Shown here piece by piece: positions 53,137 to 64,000 of a stretch of DNA of 64,000 bases. The stretch is from Eledone cirrhosa (taxonomy: Eukaryota). The notes below the pieces were generated by a model. The model saw only the letters and a list, made by a program, of their open reading frames with translations, did no database searches and was not told the DNA's origin. Positions within the stretch are counted from its first letter, which is position 1. Each line of letters begins with the position of its first letter. Location: assembly GCA_964016885.1 (NCBI GenBank), contig OZ024750.1:21328001-21392000 (forward strand), written 5' to 3'. The translations under genes were made by a program, and so were the position numbers.

Positions 53137-53963
53137 AAGTATATATGTGCTGTAGTATAAGCATACACACATGACTATATATGTGTGCGTAATTGTAAAT
53201 ATATTGAAGTAAATTTACGTAACATTTGCTTGTCTTATGCACAGATATTGCTTCACGAACGGTCTAATATTACTTCCATATATACATCTAGTACTACTAT
53301 TACTAATAGTATTGCTGGTAATATTACTAATGCTACTATCGTAAATATGGGCTAATGTTTTATAACTTGATCCAATATGAAACGCAATAAATAGTTCTTT
53401 CGTTATATAAAAATATTTTTTTTAATATATATATATATATTTATATATGGAAACATATAAAATATATTAAAAATATTTGATTGAATAATTTCTTGTTTCT
53501 CCATCCTTTTTCCCACATGAAACAATTGATCTGAGAATCAATTGTCTGTGAATAATTCGATGAGGTCAAACGTAAAATAAGCCCGACCAAATTACGGAGG
53601 AACTGCTTCAGATTAAAATAATTACACAGTAAAATGCATCTCAAGATTATTTTCTGCGGATCACAACGTACGAAATTGCATAAACCAGATTCTCTTTTAC
53701 TCTTCTTCTTTAGTCTTCCTTATTCTTCCTCTTTGTTTCTTTCTGTTTTTTTCCTATTTCTATTGTCAGACTAGATTTATTTTCTTCAAAAGTTCTTTGA
53801 AGTTCCATTACTGCCAACCAGGCAGTATTTCTAGAAATCTTAGTATTTGTCCTTGTTATTTTTGTTGTTATGTATTTTTCTCAAACGACAGTGCAATTTG
53901 GCACAACACTGTTTCACACACACACACACGCACACATATATATACACATATGTATGTATGTGC

Positions 53964-54001
<38 letters not shown>

Positions 54002-54024
54002 GTATACATATATATATATAAATG

Positions 54025-54082
<58 letters not shown>

Positions 54083-54111
54083 AATCTTGACATTTATTAT
54101 TATTACTATAT

Positions 54112-54144
<33 letters not shown>

Positions 54145-55921
54145 CCACTGTCAGTAGATGAGCCAAGCATGTCCATGAAAATATTTTATTTTTTATTTTA
54201 TATTCGATAATAATCATTTACTAGTGTCTCTGCCTAATCGGTTTGATCATTGGTTTTAACATAATTGGGTCATTGATCTTAAATAAAAACCGGATTTCAC
54301 AGTGACACAAACTGCGTTGTGCGTCTTGATATCATACATCTGGGATATAATCAATTGTTCTCTGAGGATTTTGTGCCAGACGCATCACCTGAAGAGACAG
54401 GCATGAAATTTCAGCCAACATTGCTGTCTGCATTACACATTTCTTCAACCTTTCTGATCTCTGTCTGTGATGAGAGACACTAGGGTTTGCACCACTTGTT
54501 TGTCTAGATTTGGGGTGAAATACCTGCCCTGTGTAATGCTTTGTGGCAGGTTTTAAAGGTGCAATTTCTGTGCCTGTAATAATATTGATATTAATATGTC
54601 TAGTCTGCTCTCCTTTTCTTTCACCTTCCATTGGTCTATTAACCTTTGACCACTCTTCAAGATATCTGTCATGAAAACGTCTCAAGTTGCTGCGGTCTAC
54701 TGCCTATATTTTCCAGCTTTATGCTACTCGCCTACACATAGCGCCTGGCTACATGCTTTTCGTATGGAAATCGTGGTTACCTTCTCATATAACATGTCTT
54801 TGTGGAATCGGTCGTCTTTCATTTGTCTAACATGGCCAGGACATGCCAAGCTTAACTGTGTGGGGATAGCAAGCAACGCCAACGAATAAAATAATTGGTA
54901 GAAATATCCATTGATTACAGAAACTATTCTGGAGAAACAGAAATAATTAATTGAGCTTCGAGAATTATTAAATAGCTGTAATTAGTCATAGCATTCTGTT
55001 TACCGCAGGAAACACCACACCTAAGACATTTTGAACACTTTGGATTAACGAGGAAACTCTTATATGGTTAAAATTTACTAAAATTTAGGAGTCACATCTA
55101 TACAAACATATATTAGATAAGTCATTAAAGACATATAGATATAATCATCGTTGAAGCCTCTTTTATCATTTGTTCGCTATTGTTCGGGATGAATTAGAAC
55201 TAAACTACAAGAACAGACAAGAAAAACAACAAAGTTGAGGACAGCAGCAACAATCTCTCATTGTGTATCTTCCTTGGAACGGGAAGTTGAAACAGGCAGT
55301 AAATCACTATAGGGTCTTTCAACTCTACACTATTCTAAATAACATATAGTATTTGAAAGCGTTTTTCTCCGTATATAAATATATATCTAATTCTAGAAAT
55401 CATATAAATCAATAAAACGTAGAAACATAAAGAAACTTTTGACAACAATTTAAACATGTCATTTAAACTATTATATAATTAATAATATAATCCTTAGAAT
55501 AGGTAATTTACAATAAAATATTGATGGCCATCGCTAATGTGTAAGAATTGTGTTTCAATGAAAGCGAGGTAATAGAAATTTTAATTCTTCATTATATTTC
55601 ATGGCGCCAAGTAAAATCTTAAATAAAAGACGTAATTATTTTATTGTTAGACGAGTGAAGGAAGAAATATTAGCACATTAATGTGTCTACTTATAATTTC
55701 AGCAATAAAAAAATGAATTGTGATAAACGAGTGAAATAGGTAATCTCACATATAAATCTTTAATGCCATGGTAAAATTAATAATCCTATTAATTGTTAGC
55801 TACCGAGAAACAAAGCACAATGGCATTATGTTTAAAGTAAAGTAAATAACAAAACGCAGCTAAGATAAACCACGTGTAACATACTTTGTATATTTCACAT
55901 TATTGTTAAATAGTTCATAAG

Positions 55922-56342
55922 GTATTGGATTGGCAGTATCGGTATTGCATCAGATACCATGCTTTGCATAGCGTTTTGGCCCTTTACGTTCTGAGTTCAA
56001 ATCCCGCTGAGGTCAACTTTGCCTTTTATCCTTACGGGGTCGATAAAGTAAGGCGCCAGTAATGCACTGGGGTCGATTTAATCGACTTTCCCCTCCCAAA
56101 AAATTGCTGGCCTTGTGACTTTCGTAGAAATCATTATTAAATAGTTCATAAGTTATTGGATTGGAAGTATCGGGACAGCGTCAGACACCATGCTTTGCAG
56201 CATAGAGTTATGGCCCTTTATATTCTGAGTTGAAATCCCGCCGAGTTTAACTTTGCCTTTCGTCCTTAGGGGGTCGATAAAGTAAAGCACCAGTAATGCA
56301 CTGGGGTGATTGCTGGCCTTGTGCCAAAAAGTAGAAACAATT
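55922..56342 (+). mobile_element. Two head-to-tail SINE copies
   Basis: A box, B box and body twice; upstream ttaaatagttcataag precedes both copies. Confidence 0.88.
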
Positions 56343-59300
56343 ACATATCATAGCATGACGTTTGTAGTCGTATCCCTCAAATACGTAGAACATTATCAGT
56401 ATCATATTCCGTCAACCAACCGTGCTCTTGGTTAATTAAGCACCACACTAAATAAATTACAGTACATTTTGCTTTTGATTGTAAATGATATTGATTTTAG
56501 TTTTAATAATCTTTAATCGATGAAATATTTATTGCGTTTAAATATTTCAACGGCCGACCGACCTCTCTGCAGGTTGGCTGCGTTTTTATGATACGTCTGT
56601 TACACATATAATTTTGGTACATGTATTTTACATGTGTTGCGTATATAACTATGATTTTGACAGTTTGGTAAAGGATGTAGCTGAGACTAGATTAACCTAA
56701 TAACTATCGACCATAAAGTTTCCGTGACAAAATGCTTAATCTTGCAATAGTTATTACTGTACACAACCACAAGGATATGGTCCGAACGTGGAAGAGCCGA
56801 ACTCCCACTGCCATCGCCTCCATCTCTCTCGCCCTTCCCATCTCTCTGTATGGTGAGCAAATGGGGTCCCACGTGCTGGCCTCGCCACAGTCCCAACGGA
56901 CAGAATGGAGAAGGTGTTTCCCCGGAGGTTATTATAAATCATAACATGAAGCATATTTTGAAATAAATATATCATGGCGACACCATCTACCTATATTTCA
57001 AGTACAGATAACTGACTCAATTAGAGAAAGCTATAGAAGATGGGTTTATTTTGAACTCAAACAAAATCTTAAATTAATCTAAGATCCCCATTTCCACTGT
57101 CGCAGTATGATTATTAACGATACCTTCTATAGATAAATCCCTACATGCTGCTTAATAAGTTGTGTAGTAGTTTGAAAGTAATTTCTTAATTGTTTTCTGT
57201 ATAGGTCTATCCACCCAAGATAGTGTGAGTGAGTGTGTGAGAGAGAGAGAGAGAGTGTGTGTGTGTGTGTGTTTGTGTGTGTGAGAGAGAGAGTGTGTGT
57301 GTGTCTGTCTGTCTGTGTCTGTGTGTGTGTCTGTGTTTATATAAATATATTCGATTTGTATTGACATAAATACATATGTGGTTCTAATTAGTGGAAATGT
57401 AAACCATAACGGGATTCGAAGTCAAATTTGCGACGGATAGAAAGAAAAATGTGTAGAGACTTTACTCTAATATTCTGACAAATCTAGTAACTTCTAGTTT
57501 CGGAAATAAAATAAAGAATTGAGATGAACTAAAAATAATTTCTAGTTAATACAGTATTTAAAGAAGAAGTAAAAAATCAACAACCACAAATCAATAGGTA
57601 TGGAATGTTAAAGTTTAGTCTCACTGCTTATTTTGTATGAAAGCAAGATGTTTGTTTCTTAATAGATGGATATCTGTAAATTAGCATTTGTAATCGCCAT
57701 TATTAGAAACCAGTTGTACTGCAGTCTCATGTAACAATACCAAATAGCAGGCCTGATATTTATCTAAGGCACTTATATCTAGTAAAACTGGCGCCTAAAA
57801 GGCTAAAGAAATTTCATCTATCCTACAACGTTCATAAAAGTTAACACATTTTTCTCTCTATTAAGTTGCTGCGTAGCGAATTGGAGTATTGTAAAGCTGT
57901 ACATTTATGTACGTACATCTGCATTTCGATCAATTAAGCTAGCTTATATACGACCATCTTTTCTAGTCAGCACTTTTGTTATTTTTCATACGTCAGAAAG
58001 AAAAAAATGCACTTGCATTAATACAAATCATAAAAACTATTTAAAGCAAGCAGTTACGTCGACGAAGAACCGACAATCAACACAAGATGGACACTATCTT
58101 GTGATAAAATACAATTCAACGCAATCTACTAAATACATGATGTCTTTTTTCTTTCTAGTTCTGTTGTATTATACAATAGAAAAGAAAAACACATATAGAT
58201 ACTAATATAATCCAGATTAGTTTTAATAGTGAAAACCTTTCCGAAAATTGTACTTTTATGCGATTCTCTTCACCTATTTTATAATTCTACGCACAAAAAT
58301 ACTCCTCTCATAGAATGTTTTCAGTTTTTGTATTCTGTTATTTACGAGAATTAGGAATAACAAAAAATATCGTCAGCACTGACATTAGAATGATAGACGA
58401 GATGCTCTGTTGTTCTCAATAAATATGTATGGCGAGCAATTTGTAAAGATGAGCCAAACTCTCGGTCAACTGATTTTGTGACCTGACTTCCATATAAGGC
58501 TTTCTTTCCTTTATTAAGTTAATGAAAAGGAGAGTGGAAGAACTCATAATTTGTATATGCCTATTTTCACAAACCACATAAAGTTTGATGTCTACGAAGA
58601 AAACCTGGGGGAAGTTAAGAAAATTAGAGTTTAATGTGACGCAGTAGTGGTTGAAAAGGGAAATGGCTTTGAAGATGGTATGAAGCCAGTTCAGAAGAGC
58701 CTTGTTAGTTTTTCTAGCACCTGAGTGGCCTACAGTAACGTGAATTAAAATGTATTGCACAAAAAGCCAACGCGCCACCGGGAATACATGATTCAAACTC
58801 ACGACCTAACGATAGTGTGCTGAAAACCTCACGTGTTCACTTGCAATGATGGCACTTTGAATATTTTTAAACATATAAATAGAGGTTAGCAATTATAACA
58901 GTAGCAGCAATAATTGATCGTTCCTCTGATAATAATTAGTTCCCCAAATTCTTGATAACGTATTTTCGCGTTGACACCGATAACATAGAATTCTGAATAA
59001 ATTCCTGACTTAGTTAGATTGCCTTGATAAATACATTACAAACCAATTTTAAATTTACTCTCACACGCACATACATATTCACAAACTCGCATAAATGTAC
59101 AATAAGTATATATACAAACAGATAACCGCATACCTACACGCAACATCACATAGACACGCAAACACGCATTCATATAAACAAGCATATACTAAAACACACA
59201 CACATACATACTCACATACTCATGCCCACATGCACAAATGAAGCCACACTCAGAAAGACGCACATATACAGTGACACACAAAATCATTCAGTGATAAACG

Positions 59301-59493
59301 AATGCACGAATACATACACACAAACTCGTACTCGTGCAGCCAAACACATATATACAGATACGTATGTAAACATCTATGTTTAGTTGTAACATTTGCTTCA
59401 ATGTGTTTATTAATGCTCACACATTTAGAGATGAGCCTCCGGCTGCTGTGATGAGGCTTTTACCAGATGCTCAAGGAAAAGGTCAGCTTACTC

Positions 59494-59612
59494 GTTCTGA
59501 GTTCAAATCCCGCCGAGGTTGACTTTGCCTTTCATCCTTACGGGGTCGATAAAATAAAGTACCAGTAATACACTGGGTTATTGCTGGCCTTGTGCCTAAA
59601 GTAGAAACAATT
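59494..59612 (+). mobile_element. 5'-truncated SINE
   Basis: gttctgagttcaaatcccgccgagg..ctggccttgtgcctaaagtagaaac. Confidence 0.85.
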
Positions 59613-60189
59613 AATATGCAAATAGACGTGTATTCTAAGACACGTGTAGCTCTGAGGTAAATCTCGATACGATATGTGAGATGGATGTACCTATAAATTA
59701 CTGGTGTAGACAATCTGATGGGTGATGGGCTTTTGAACTGTTTCTACAAATTTAATTTCTCTCATTTTTTTTTGGAATCGTATTTACTAGTATAGAGAGA
59801 GGGGGGTTAGGAAGTAGAGGGACAAACGGAGATGGAGGGAGGGGTAAAGATGGAAGGATTCCACGATCAGTTTTTATTCGTAGACTTGATGTCGTCAATT
59901 TACAGTATAAGGAGTTAAAGAGAATTAAATTGCTTATAGTGGGAGGGAGAGAGAGAGGGGGGAGATAGAGGGATAGATATATATATAAAAAAGGGGGAAG
60001 AGAAAAAAGAAGAAAGAAAAGAGAACAAAAAAAAGAGAGAAGAAAAGAAGAAAACGAAGAAAGGAATGAAGGAGGAGAGAGGGACATACGTATTGTTTTC
60101 TGTGGGTAATTAAAAGGGTTAGATTCAATAAGAGGGTAGAAAGTCTAAATATATGCAGTTTGTCAGGTGGTAGTAGGAGGCACTTGTAG

Positions 60190-60545
60190 TGCGAACATTT
60201 TCCTTTAAGTCTATGGTTGCAATAAATTGATCTTTCGATTTTATTGTTGAGTAACTTATTCTTCGAACTCAAAATGTGGAACAGTTCAAGGTCACACAAC
60301 CGACAGATTCTCATACCACTCCGATATGCAGGCGCGTTCGATAATTTCTTCCACTTCAGGGTGTATTGATGGTTGCTTTCCCTCAGTTGCCAGGTCTTGT
60401 TCGCAAGGTTAAATAACGATGCTGGAATGTTTCATTGCGTAACGATGTGTATACCAACGAGCTTTAAATGTATTCCCAAGCGCTCCGATGTTATACCACT
60501 TCTGGTTGTCTGATTCGACCGTGCATTGGTAACTTATTCATTATT
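60190..60545 (-). mobile_element. Decayed Penelope-like element, GIY-YIG endonuclease
   Basis: SYQCTVESDNQKWYNIGALGNTFKARWYTH.. frameshift ..LANKTWQLRESNHQYTLKWKKLSNAPAYRSGMRICRLCDLELFHILSSKNKLLNNKIERSIYCNHR. Confidence 0.85.
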
Positions 60546-61058
60546 TTGAAAATTTGGAGGTGAATAACAATTATTATCGATTGGCTGCTATTTGCAGTAT
60601 AGCGATATAAAGTTGCGCTTACCAATGAAACGGTCGTAAATACCTGGATAAAATCCTTTTTTTATGCTTACCTGTGTTTTCTCTTTTATTGTTTATATTC
60701 TAAGTTTGAAAGGGATCTACTAACCGGATTCTTGCAAACTTGTGGAGTTACCCCTAACCGTACGTTGGAAACCGTCCAAGAAACTGTATGTATGTATATA
60801 TATATATATATATAAGTCGGTCTCTGACACACATAGCCACAACAGCCAAGTCTTTCACAAACAAATGTAATGACCTGTTCGAAATATTCCAGTAAAGAAC
60901 TCAAAGACGCCAATCGTTTAAATTATTAGATGTTTTTCACGATGAAGTTACATATCTCTCCCTCTCTCTCTCTCTATCTATCTATCTCTCTCTCACACTC
61001 TCCCTCTCTCTATCTCTCTCACACTCTCCTTCTTTCTCTCTCTCTCACTCTCCTTCTT

Positions 61059-61100
<42 letters not shown>

Positions 61101-61565
61101 CTCTACCTCACTCAATCTCTCATTCTCTCCTTATATATTTTTATATTTATATATAGAGAGTGTGAACCTAATAAACCTTTATCTGTCTGCCTCTCTGTTT
61201 TTGTTCCCGTCCAATTTTTCACTATATATATATGTGTGTATATATGCATAGAGATGAGAGAGATGGAGATATTTATGTATGTAACTTCCTCGTATATGTA
61301 TATATATTATATAATATATATTGCTTGTTTTTTCCTATCTTTGCGTTGCTATCATTCCTTCTTGTTTGTTTACTTGTCTCGCCCGCTTTACGCGATTTAC
61401 TTGTCCCAATAGCTTTATTTAGCTATTGCTCGCACCAACCGCAGGTATATGATATTTAAAGCGATGAAATACCAATGAAGGTTGGAAAATCACTGACGAA
61501 GGACTATTTTTATCATATGTAACCAATGTGCAACCACGCAGTATTCTTTCTTCTCATGTTTTTTA

Positions 61566-61618
<53 letters not shown>

Positions 61619-62084
61619 TAGAGATGGGGAGAGAATGAGATATGTATGTAAATATGTATGTAACTTCATCGTATATATATATAATGTTGATTCAATGTAA
61701 TTTATTTTATTTGGTAAAAGCTATAAAATCTATTTAAATTGCATTTAGCGAGAAATTAAATTGTTACTTTCAATCTTATCTCAGCATGTTTAGTCCTACG
61801 GTGTTTTAAAATAGATATCACATTATCTGAATCTCACCTTCATCGGAGGAATTTTTATCTTTGCTGCTCGCTAAACTAAACTTTCAAAACATCAGGACAC
61901 ATATACAAATACAGACGTGTGCATATATATATATATATATATTTATTATTGTTAAAACAGAAAACAAAAACAAAGCGAAGAGTGCAGTACAAAGTGTTAG
62001 TATTAGGTTCACGCTTATGTTTATGTATGTATGTATGTATGTGTGTGTGTGTATGAGTTCATGCAATTGACTTATGTTTCGTCA

Positions 62085-62153
62085 CTATATATATATATGT
62101 ATATATCTGTGTGTGTATATATATATATATATACGTATATATGTGTGTGTGTG

Positions 62154-62207
<54 letters not shown>

Positions 62208-62217
62208 CGTATATATC

Positions 62218-62258
<41 letters not shown>

Positions 62259-62808
62259 ATAACTTTGGGTATGTATGCGCCCCTATACATACGCAACTAC
62301 ATATATATATAAAATATATATGTATATATATATATATATGTATATGTATATATATATGTATATATATATGTATATATATGTATTTATATATGTATATATA
62401 TGTATATATATGTATTTATATATGAATATATATATATGTGTATATATATGTATTTGTATATGTATTTATATATGTATTTATATATGTATATATATATATG
62501 TACTTATATATGTATATATATATGTATATATATATATGTATATATATATGTATATATATATGTATATATATATGTATATATATATATATAATGTATGTAT
62601 CTATGTATATGTATATATATATATATGTATATATACATACATATATATATATATAATGTATGTATCTATGTATATATATATATATGTGTATATACATACA
62701 TACATATATATATATATAATGTATGTATCTATGTATATGTATATATATATAATGTATGTATCTATGTATATGTGTATATATATATGTATATATACATACA
62801 TATGTATG

Positions 62809-62858
<50 letters not shown>

Positions 62859-62945
62859 CATATATATATATATATAATGTATGTATCTATGTATATATAT
62901 ATAGATATACATAGATATACATAGATATATACACATAGATATACA
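62085..62945. repeat. (TA)/(TG) compound microsatellite
   Basis: Direct reading. Confidence 0.95.
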
Positions 62946-63213
62946 GGAAGATATACGTGTATACACTTACGTACTTACAAAAGGATTCATACGTACCTGA
63001 ACTTATAGATATTTACACCTATACAGGCGGCATGATATATATTTCGTTTGTATCTAATCACAAACTTTTGCCCAATAAGATGCGTGTATGCACATACATA
63101 CAGATAAAAATTGTAGTAGACTAGCTAAAATTAAGATAAAAGCTTCCGTTCTGTCTTACACATACGGAGCCGCTTACACACACACACATATATATATATA
63201 CACATACACACAC

Positions 63214-63297
<84 letters not shown>

Positions 63298-63302
<5 letters not shown>

Positions 63303-63694
63303 ATAATAATTAATTTGAAGACTAAAATGCAAAGAGGACTCGAAATATATTTTATTATTACTGATTTCAATAATTTATTTACATTATTCTTAACTCTGAA
63401 GCTGAAAATACTAGTCTATCACTTCATTTATACCATAGACGTGGTTTTGTCTTTGCGTGTAATTGTCCTCTCACTCCACATAACGACGTATTATCTTCTC
63501 TTTTTTCCGTTCATTGCCACGGAACGTCTTCACGAACCAAAGTATCGTCTTCCTGTTTTCTTCGGTTGCAACCTTTTTCGAAATATTTACTTCTTCGTTC
63601 ACAGATTGATTTTTTTTATTTCAGAAGATCCCGGTAAGGGTGAAAGCAGCGATTCTTTGCTTAACCTTTAATCTGTTATTTTAATAAATAAATA
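63298..63694 (+). repeat. Longest copy of the dispersed (TA)n-associated repeat
   Basis: Both ends match 21074-21206 and 43235-43360, with about 270 bp of extra internal sequence. Confidence 0.8.
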
Positions 63695-63704
63695 TATATA
63701 TATA

Positions 63705-64000
63705 GGGAGATTAGCTAACCAGTGTAGAAAGGCCCTGAGAAAGACCCACTTAAAAATAAAGGTGGTAGAAAAGCCAGGAACCACCATAAAATCCCTGATC
63801 AGCAAAACCTACCCTTTTAAGAAAACCCACTGTACCAATAGGAAATGTATCATATGTAAGGTGAACCCCCGGATAAACTGTAAGACTAGAAACGTAGTCT
63901 ATAGAATAAGATGTACAGAGGGTACTTGCAGAAACATGACAACAACATATATAGGTAAGACAGCTCGTAGCATAGGTGAAAGGATAGACCAACACTGGGG
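63705..64000 (+). mobile_element. 5'-truncated Penelope-like element ORF: Cys-rich linker plus GIY-YIG endonuclease (runs off the window)
   Basis: Uninterrupted frame not in the ORF track: GRLANQCRKALRKTHLKIKVVEKPGTTIKSLISKTYPFKKTHCTNRKCIICKVNPRINCKTRNVVYRIRCTEGTCRNMTTTYIGKTARSIGERIDQHW (VVY..YIGxTxR..R..H). Confidence 0.92.

Noticed and set aside
54332-54685. 117-aa ORF and CTGAAGA..GAAA at about 54389
   Set aside because: No domain recognised; stem II and stem I do not pair
58310-58380. CTGACGA..GAAA on the minus strand
   Set aside because: Unpaired bases before GAAA and no stem I; consistent with chance in AT-rich DNA

Overview
AT-rich, microsatellite-saturated eukaryotic non-coding DNA. 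The SINE family, R4/Dong LINE and (TA)n load suggest a coleoid cephalopod such as Octopus (inference). No host protein-coding exon can be supported; almost all long ORFs in the track are (TA)/(CA) microsatellite artefacts. Recognisable content: tRNA-derived SINEs (several stacked head-to-tail), decayed RTE and R4/Dong LINEs, a Tc1/mariner fragment, two TA-flanked MITEs and three Penelope-like (GIY-YIG) fragments, one with an open frame running off the right edge. The outstanding feature is a 4.3-kb array at 22463-26804 of a near-identical 310-bp monomer. Each monomer carries a minimal type I hammerhead ribozyme motif, so it looks like a non-LTR retrozyme. The array is two divergent blocks (7 hammerheads on - and 7 on +) joined at a 3-bp microhomology and inserted in a (TA)n tract. 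At least six further complete-looking hammerheads from four other sequence families, and several decayed ones, lie beside other (TA)n tracts, often in the same head-to-head fold-back layout. Together these point to a Penelope-driven ribozyme/circular-RNA mobile system. All folds were read by eye; activity is untested.
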